In this document: one piece after another, positions 58,015-64,000 of the stretch
Layout: every line of letters starts with the position of its first letter
How positions within the stretch are numbered: the first letter of the stretch is position 1
Source: a virus
Length of the DNA: 64,000 nucleotides
Virus record (IMG/VR): IMGVR_UViG_3300025141_000047
Location: 28,799-92,798 of that record
Direction: 5' to 3' (one strand)
The notes under the pieces: model-generated
What the model saw: the letters and a program-made list of their open reading frames with translations, nothing else
The model's database searches: none
What the model was told of the DNA's origin: nothing
Position numbers and translations under genes: made by a program

Positions 58015-58850
58015 TACCCCTCCAACCATTTTGGTTTGCCGTGAACGGTCAATTCATTTGGATTATCCGAATACGGTTCAAGGAGTTCCAGATAATTAAG
58101 GAAGTGTCGCAACTTGTAATTAGGGTCGTTGGCTTTATCGGTTCTTTCAAAATTATTGAGAATACGTGAGGCAGGGTGCTGAATGCCATAAGAACCCAAC
58201 AAGGCTTCTTGGTGGCTTTCTGGATCATCAACAGCCCACCCCATCTCTTGCCCGAACATATCAAGGTCAAACATACGAACTAAACCTTTTGAATCAACGC
58301 CATAATTTTGATGTTGCCGATCTCCAACCAATGCTGATAATATCGTATCAACTTCTCGAATCTGTTCATCCGAACCATCAACACGGTTCAAACGTGGCTG
58401 AACACGATATTTATTTTCCATCCCAACCATTTCATTCTCCCATATCGGTAAAGAGGGCGAACCCATCTCTCCCACGATAGGGTAGCCTATTTCTTCTAAA
58501 AATCGGATTGAATCATCATGTTGCCCTCTTTTGTCAAATTGCCTTTGATGCCATGTGCCGAGATAAGGCACTTTAGCGACAAAATCCTTGTCAAGTGGAT
58601 GGGTAAATGTTCCAACCTTTGTGCCTTCTCCTAAAAAATCGGGGTATTTATCTGGGGATTCAATGGCTGTATCTCCATCAATTTCTTTGTGAGTTCTTCT
58701 GTCTCGAAACCTTTCCCCATCTTCTTCTGGATTAGGATATAGACTCAAATAAGAATCAATGTATTCCAAGTCTAACAAATGTTCAGCATTCTCACGCCAA
58801 TTCGGAACGTATTGTTTCAAAATACCCCACGCTCGGTCAAAGGCGGTCAT
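58011..58850 (-). CDS. Leader-bearing protein-kinase-like protein
   Basis: MTAFDRAWGILK; LGEGT loop, VAKVP lysine, GDRQHQNYG catalytic loop and MFDLD. Confidence 0.75.
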   Translation of the reverse strand: MTAFDRAWGILKQYVPNWRENAEHLLDLEYIDSYLSLYPNPEEDGERFRDRRTHKEIDGDTAIESPDKYPDFLGEGTKVGTFTHPLDKDFVAKVPYLGTWHQRQFDKRGQHDDSIRFLEEIGYPIVGEMGSPSLPIWENEMVGMENKYRVQPRLNRVDGSDEQIREVDTILSALVGDRQHQNYGVDSKGLVRMFDLDMFGQEMGWAVDDPESHQEALLGSYGIQHPASRILNNFERTDKANDPNYKLRHFLNYLELLEPYSDNPNELTVHGKPKWLEGY

Positions 58851-59371
58851 GTCTTATACCTCCGCATCAATTCATCAATGTGAGCCTGTCTTTCATCAGC
58901 CCCATATTCACTTCCCGATGTAGCAACAATTGGATGATCCCAACCGTGTTCATCGTTTCTCCCCATCAGTCCTTCAATCAATTCCCACATTTCATTTGAG
59001 TCCATCTCTTCAAATTGTAGGTCGGGGAATGGACTTTTGGACTCATGATCTCGGACTCCCCCAATTTGAGTAAAACCCGCACCAGTATGGCCTTCATCTC
59101 CTTCTAAACGGTGTATTTGTTCTGTTTTTGGGGCAATTCTCACGATTGGCTCTCCTTCGTGCATTGGAGTATCAAGCATTTGTGAACCAAAAACGGCATA
59201 GGCGAGGGCGGTGTCTAAATCAGGAGTCCAATATCCCGTATCGGCCATGCCTTGTTTTGCCCCTTGATATAGGGTTTCATGTTCGTGAAAAGACGAAAGA
59301 GGATCGGAGGGGTCGTCAATGATTTCATAGGGCATTTTTAGCAAGTTCCATGCTCGGTCAAAGGCGGTCAT
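58847..59371 (-). CDS. Leader-bearing ART-like protein
   Basis: MTAFDRAWNLLK; LYQG...YWTPDLDTALAYA. Confidence 0.6.
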   Translation of the reverse strand: MTAFDRAWNLLKMPYEIIDDPSDPLSSFHEHETLYQGAKQGMADTGYWTPDLDTALAYAVFGSQMLDTPMHEGEPIVRIAPKTEQIHRLEGDEGHTGAGFTQIGGVRDHESKSPFPDLQFEEMDSNEMWELIEGLMGRNDEHGWDHPIVATSGSEYGADERQAHIDELMRRYKT

Positions 59372-59840
59372 TATTCCACCTCTCAAGTGCTTCATTTGCT
59401 AATGGGGTCATGGCGGCTCTCCATCTATGCCTTGTTGGTTGTTTAGGCAAAGGTAAATCGTCAGCATCCATAGCGGCATAATACTTGTCATTCATTTCCT
59501 TTTCCCAATCCGCATAGGGTTGCCCTCTCCATATCTCCTGTGAATGTTCGGCGGGAATATCAAACGGATAATAACCATAACCCGCATATTCGTCATAATC
59601 ACCAACGCCTTCTATGGTTCGTGGTAAATAATGGACTAAGGGGGCTTCGTCGGGTTTTGCTGAACCGAGAGCATAAGCGAGAGCCGTAGCCATAGAATCG
59701 CTCGCCCAAATCCCTTTACGATCCTTTTCAACCTGCCTTGCAGGTATTACGCCTTCTTGCATGGCTTGATCGTAGTATTTGTCCTGTGTCCCTCGTAGTG
59801 GTGCTTTCACCACATACCATGCTCGGTCAAAGGCGGTCAT
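59358..59840 (-). CDS. Leader-bearing ART-like protein
   Basis: MTAFDRAWYVVK; LRGT...QEGVIP...IWASDSMATALAYA...IPAEH. Confidence 0.62.
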   Translation of the reverse strand: MTAFDRAWYVVKAPLRGTQDKYYDQAMQEGVIPARQVEKDRKGIWASDSMATALAYALGSAKPDEAPLVHYLPRTIEGVGDYDEYAGYGYYPFDIPAEHSQEIWRGQPYADWEKEMNDKYYAAMDADDLPLPKQPTRHRWRAAMTPLANEALERWNNDRL

Positions 59841-59995
59841 GACTCTCCCTTCCTCAAACCATTCCAACAAAGTTCTTGCAGTTCTTCATCACTGGTGAAT
59901 ATCACTACATTGCTTCCGAGATCGTCAAGAGCCATCCACATTGTAAAGAAACCTGCAATGAAAGCAAGAACAAACCAGACCCACAGATTAAACAT
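59837..59995 (-). CDS. Small single-TM protein, 52 aa
   Basis: Below the track cut-off. AGGAGGTGA SD; MFNLWVWFVLAFIAGFFTMWMAL; ATGA overlap with the next gene. Confidence 0.65.
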   Translation of the reverse strand: MFNLWVWFVLAFIAGFFTMWMALDDLGSNVVIFTSDEELQELCWNGLRKGES

Positions 59996-60017
59996 TATAT
60001 CACCTCCTTATTCTTCA

Positions 60018-63000
60018 TCATGAATAATCCCTCAAACGGTTAAACAATGCAAAGGCTTCATCATTTGACATGGCGGGGTTATCGGACATACCCTGCCAAA
60101 ACTCAACGTCACGTGGAAACACCTTCATGAAATTATCATAAATCGCTTGTTGTTTTGGAGAGTTCTCAAACAAACTTCTATCAGGCATATTCGCCAGCAA
60201 TTCAGCAAGCCGTGTTGATTTAGGAAGAGGGTAAGAATCGTGCAATGCGCCTATTGTTTGGATGAAATCTGTGTTTGGGTTATCGTCTTGCGGGTTGAAC
60301 CATCTCGGACCACTTCTGTATTTTATCCCTGAGTCATCACTTTGACCACCTTCTCCGTAGTTGCTAACATAGTCTTCTTCACCAGTTCCTAAATCCATGA
60401 CTCTTTTTCCGTCTTCTGGCTGCATCCCTTCATCAGCCGCATAATTTGACCCTCGAACTCTAAAATTGGTCGGAAGTGTTCTTGGACCTCTCGCATCAGC
60501 AAACGGTAATTTTCCATTATTCCCGTAGGCCATTCCAATTGGATATTTGTTATTTGGATCAACTATGAATGGCATTGGATTAGGGAACAAGCCTATTGCT
60601 TCGTCATCGTTCCCAGGTGTATTGAACGTTCTTACCGAACTCACAGGGAGTATGGCTCTTTTTCCAGGGTTCAATGCGAGATAACGCATCAACGGATTAT
60701 CTCTCATACGGTCTTTTAATTCAAACAATCTATCTGGCCTATCTCTAAATCCGCCACTCCATTCTTTACCTGAGATTGAATCAAAACGTTCTTTGGCGGC
60801 TGCTATGTCCTCTTCGGTTGGATTGCCAGTTATCCTATTCCAAGTATCAACGGCTTCTTCATAGGATTGGTGGTATAGGTCTTTACCTGCGGCTTCTCTC
60901 TCGGCTTTTGTTTGAAAAGTCCATTGCTCATCCCTCATACTGGGGTGATCGTAAGCCATCTTCATATCAAGGTAAGGCTGGCGGTTTCGATTGTATGTAG
61001 CCATGTCTTCATCTGTCATTTCGTATTTTGATTGCAGTTCTCCTGGGTGTCGCTTGAATCGAGCAAATTTGCCTTCTTCATCAAACATAGGGGCGAACCC
61101 CTTCACGTAATGTGAAAAATCTATGTTGTCTTGGAGATTGATACCTTCTGGAGTTATCCCAAACAATTCTTCATATTGAGGATTTTCCCTCATGATTTCA
61201 TCAAAAGGCTGTCGAGAATATGGGCGGCGTAATCTTGTTGAATAAGGAAGAGGCTTACCTGTTTCAGCATCCAAAGGAACGTTGCCTCCCGCTTGAGGTC
61301 GGAAAACTCTTTCCGATACATATTTTGGCATACCATACACTGGGTCCATCTCAAATCCAACTGAACGTGTTGGCAAATCCTGTCCGAACATTTTCGCTGC
61401 CGCCTTATCTCTTGCATCATAAGTGTCTCCTTCTTTACGTGGCCTTAACATTGGTCCGTAAGGTCCATCATAACCGCCCGTTCCAACTCGCATTGTTGGC
61501 GAACCTCTAAGGTAAAACGATGTTAGAAGCGGCCTTCCCGTTTCGTCTAATCCAATGTTCGGACCTAATCTCGAAGACGCATCAAGTTGTAAAAATCTCA
61601 GCAATGGGTCATCCCATTCACCACCACCTATGTTGCTCATGCGTTTATTTTCGTCATACCGATCTCTCCCCGCTTCCATCGACAACTGCTTATATCGCCG
61701 CAACTCTTGATTCAAAGCATTGGCTAAACGCCCTTGCGGGGTATCGGGTCCGTATGTGGGTTTGAATTTATCAGGTTCCTCTCGGTTCTGTTGGGCAAAG
61801 TTCCTCGCCCATTCATGAACATTAACACCTTGTCTTTGAAGGAACTCACGGCCACGTGCTGTGTCTAATTCAGCGTTATTCCATGCCGCAGCCAAGTCAT
61901 CTGGAACGTTTTGACCTGCGAACTTGTGACCCGCCACATTATCACGGAACATATCTTGCCAAGTGTAGTCATCAAAGTATTCGTCATCAGGCCACCTTTT
62001 TCTCGGACCCGACGATACATCAGGGACTACATCGACTTTATCTTGCATGATCGCTCGGATTTTTCCTTCATCATCACCAAATCCAACTTCTCCCATCGGA
62101 GTCATTGGCGCAACTGGATAACCCATCGCTGCAAGTGCGTGGCTAAAGGCAATCGGCAATGTAGCCCCTGCGTTTAATTTGAAAACTTTGTTTGGATTGG
62201 CAGGGTTTTGATAAACGGCTTTTGTTCTCTTGTCAATGAATGGACCGCCCCGATGTGCAAATTGTCGCTGAGGCATAGCAGGGTCAAGTCTTTGCCCGTA
62301 AGTCCTCATCCATTCCATCTGTTCAGGAGTTATGTCGCCGCCCATTCCAATTGGGAAAGGCGGTATATCAGCCTTGATCAACAGTTCTTCATAAGAATTA
62401 ACTTCAATCACTTCTATTTTGGTGATGGAGTCCCACGCAACCTCAGCAGGATCGGAACTCGCAACGAACATATCATGGTCTTTATCCGCTTCCGAAAAAT
62501 CAGTTCCCATTGCCTGTTGCTTACAGGCGTTGTATTCCATCAAGGCTTGGCGAACCTGGTCTTTGCGAAGTTGCTCTTTGTCGCTATCATACTCATGGCC
62601 GCTTATATCCACATCACGTGGCAATGGGTCATGAGGGGGGTTATGTTTCCAAGTTGAGGCTATACGATCATATTCCTCTCGGCTTTCCCAATCAAGATCC
62701 CATATCTCAAGTTGCACCTCAACCCTTGATGCAAACTCTTCACAGTCCTTATCGGAATAAACGTCTTCCAATTCACGGTGCAATAGTTCCATGCCCCAAG
62801 TATCAATAGGAATGGCGTTGATGGTTTCTTTCAAAGAACGGCAACATTGACCTGCGCTTGCATCATAACCTGCTTTATCGGCATCATCACGCATCACATT
62901 TTCGAGTCCATCTTGTAATATCCGATTTGAAAGATCCGTAGCAGCCCTTTGCTGTGGCGATAATTCCTCATAAGGAACGTTCACCTTCCAGTTTGGTTCC

Positions 63001-63383
63001 TTAATGATAGAATCCCACGATCTGCGAAAATAGTCCTCCATTCCCTTTGGAGGCTTACCATACATTGCTTTCATTTTAGCACGTGCCGCAGCATCAGCAA
63101 CAAGACTTTCAGCCATCGCCTGTTCTATTTCATCCGAAGCATCACTGGTTTCGCAAAAACCATGTTCACCACCACATGAGCAAGGGCAACAGTCCTCCGC
63201 TTTATCGGGCATATTATGGCCTCTTAAACCACACTTCCAACAAGTTTCACAGCATTCCTCAGCCTCATGAGTTTCCTGATACCCTGTTGCACATTTGCCA
63301 CATTGAACCGTTCCATCATCATGTTCGATAAGAGGGTGTATTTTGGTGATAGAGTCCCAACTTGCATTGAAAATATCCACCAT
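60018..63383 (-). CDS. Putative polyprotein with three leader-like motifs: Cys-rich module, helical module, degenerate kinase-like module
   Basis: IFNASWDSITK (start), YFRRSWDSIIK (~63000-63030) and EVAWDSITK (~62418-62444). Confidence 0.7.
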   Translation of the reverse strand: MVDIFNASWDSITKIHPLIEHDDGTVQCGKCATGYQETHEAEECCETCWKCGLRGHNMPDKAEDCCPCSCGGEHGFCETSDASDEIEQAMAESLVADAAARAKMKAMYGKPPKGMEDYFRRSWDSIIKEPNWKVNVPYEELSPQQRAATDLSNRILQDGLENVMRDDADKAGYDASAGQCCRSLKETINAIPIDTWGMELLHRELEDVYSDKDCEEFASRVEVQLEIWDLDWESREEYDRIASTWKHNPPHDPLPRDVDISGHEYDSDKEQLRKDQVRQALMEYNACKQQAMGTDFSEADKDHDMFVASSDPAEVAWDSITKIEVIEVNSYEELLIKADIPPFPIGMGGDITPEQMEWMRTYGQRLDPAMPQRQFAHRGGPFIDKRTKAVYQNPANPNKVFKLNAGATLPIAFSHALAAMGYPVAPMTPMGEVGFGDDEGKIRAIMQDKVDVVPDVSSGPRKRWPDDEYFDDYTWQDMFRDNVAGHKFAGQNVPDDLAAAWNNAELDTARGREFLQRQGVNVHEWARNFAQQNREEPDKFKPTYGPDTPQGRLANALNQELRRYKQLSMEAGRDRYDENKRMSNIGGGEWDDPLLRFLQLDASSRLGPNIGLDETGRPLLTSFYLRGSPTMRVGTGGYDGPYGPMLRPRKEGDTYDARDKAAAKMFGQDLPTRSVGFEMDPVYGMPKYVSERVFRPQAGGNVPLDAETGKPLPYSTRLRRPYSRQPFDEIMRENPQYEELFGITPEGINLQDNIDFSHYVKGFAPMFDEEGKFARFKRHPGELQSKYEMTDEDMATYNRNRQPYLDMKMAYDHPSMRDEQWTFQTKAEREAAGKDLYHQSYEEAVDTWNRITGNPTEEDIAAAKERFDSISGKEWSGGFRDRPDRLFELKDRMRDNPLMRYLALNPGKRAILPVSSVRTFNTPGNDDEAIGLFPNPMPFIVDPNNKYPIGMAYGNNGKLPFADARGPRTLPTNFRVRGSNYAADEGMQPEDGKRVMDLGTGEEDYVSNYGEGGQSDDSGIKYRSGPRWFNPQDDNPNTDFIQTIGALHDSYPLPKSTRLAELLANMPDRSLFENSPKQQAIYDNFMKVFPRDVEFWQGMSDNPAMSNDEAFALFNRLRDYS

Positions 63384-63496
63384 ATCTAACCGCATACGGC
63401 AGTTTGAAATAAAACCATCCCAACTACTTGACATTCCTAACAACTTTTTCCCCAAATTTTTTCCTCGTAGCATCTGGGGTCAATGGCCGCCCCAAC

Positions 63497-63509
63497 AAAA
63501 AAAAAAAAA
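63497..63509 (-). terminator. T13 tract followed by GTTGG
   Basis: Same (T)nGTTGG context as the tracts at 53709 and 53771. Confidence 0.4.
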
Positions 63510-63560
63510 CATCTCCAGACTTACCCCGCACAGACAAAAAACGGGGGGCTGCGTGGCCTC

Positions 63561-63910
63561 ACTGGGTCGGCACACCCAGTCCATAGGCTCTCAGTGATGC
63601 GTTCTGTGGTGATACGGGCGAGTCGCAGACTCGCCCCCCCTCGCTCAGTCGGTTGGCTCAGTGGATCGTGGCGTGGTCGGTGGTTCTGTGGCGATGCACC
63701 CAGTCATGCACCCAGTCTGCCCTTCACCTCGCTCAGTCTGTGGCGATAGGTGGCGTTCTGGCGGGTTCTGTGGCGTTATCTGCACACCCAGTCCGATACT
63801 CAGTCAAACACCCAGTTCAACGCTCATTTAGGCTCAATCTGTGGCGTTATCGGCGCATTTCGAGGCACACCCAGTCCAAAACCACGCTAAACACCCAGTC
63901 CGACACCCAA
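63561..63910. repeat. Non-coding iteron-like repeat cluster
   Basis: CACCCAGT x7 (63573, 63697, 63709, 63785, 63809, 63868, 63892), CTGTGGCG x4, CTCAGT x5, and an inverted pair at 63561-63580. Confidence 0.8.
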
Positions 63911-64000
63911 AAACGCTGCATCCAGGCTCTATCGGGACAATTTATCGCAACACTTTGTCTTATTTCTCACCGATCTCAACAACACACCGAGCCTCACGGC

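Larger units (their letters stand above)
58831..59840 (-). repeat. Three identical 20-bp direct repeats ATGACCGCCTTTGACCGAGC at gene starts
   Basis: Copies at 58831-58850, 59352-59371 and 59821-59840; synonymous variants at other leader starts (e.g. 52582, 51558, 54609, 55159). Confidence 0.9.

Noticed and set aside
50038-59840. Integron cassette array or diversity-generating retroelement
   Set aside because: No attC-like intergenic palindromes (genes overlap), and no integrase, reverse transcriptase or TR/VR pair in the window.
44765-63383. Leader as a Sec/Tat secretion signal or RiPP leader
   Set aside because: No basic n-region, long hydrophobic core or twin-Arg; it occurs internally; the cargos are full enzyme domains rather than short core peptides.
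433-63749. Numerous short plus-strand and nested alternative-frame ORFs in the track
   Set aside because: They lie antisense to or inside long, coupled minus-strand genes with recognisable motifs; only 44256-44768 fills a real gap.
63561-63910. CRISPR array
   Set aside because: Repeats are only 8-13 bp with irregular spacing and no constant repeat-spacer period; no cas genes.
1-64000. tRNA or rRNA genes
   Set aside because: Intergenic gaps are small and no cloverleaf or T-loop consensus was seen by eye; a tRNAscan-SE run would be needed to exclude them.

Overview
This 64 kb window is part of a tailed dsDNA archaeal virus genome. The major capsid protein, portal, protease and terminase look like those of magroviruses, the HGTV-1-like viruses of Marine Group II/Poseidoniales; this is recognition from memory, not a database result. 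Almost all real genes are on the minus strand and tightly coupled. In transcription order (right to left): (i) a non-coding, repeat-rich region at 63.5-64 kb; (ii) a ~19 kb array (44.8-63.4 kb) of unrelated enzymes - ADP-ribosyltransferase-like proteins, HExxH zincins, kinase-like proteins, C5 and N6A DNA methyltransferases, a Gp88-like Cys-rich protein and HMG-CoA lyase; (iii) an RHH regulator leading a membrane-protein/small-GTPase operon; (iv) low-complexity putative internal head proteins, terminase, portal, a ligase-domain protein, prohead protease and MCP; (v) neck and tail genes with a -1 frameshifted tail chaperone, tape measure and very large tail-tip proteins running off the left edge. 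The main finding is that 14-15 genes of the array begin with the same ~13-aa leader (consensus M-T-A-F-D-x-A-W-x-L-L-K, then cargo). The motif also recurs internally at domain boundaries and ends in a hydrophobic-x-Lys site like those seen in the head proteins. I infer it is a capsid-targeting, protease-cleaved tag that loads a modular set of effectors into the virion, analogous to the T4 capsid targeting sequence. Start codons were adjusted by eye where SD motifs, gene overlaps or the leader indicated a better start than the ORF track.
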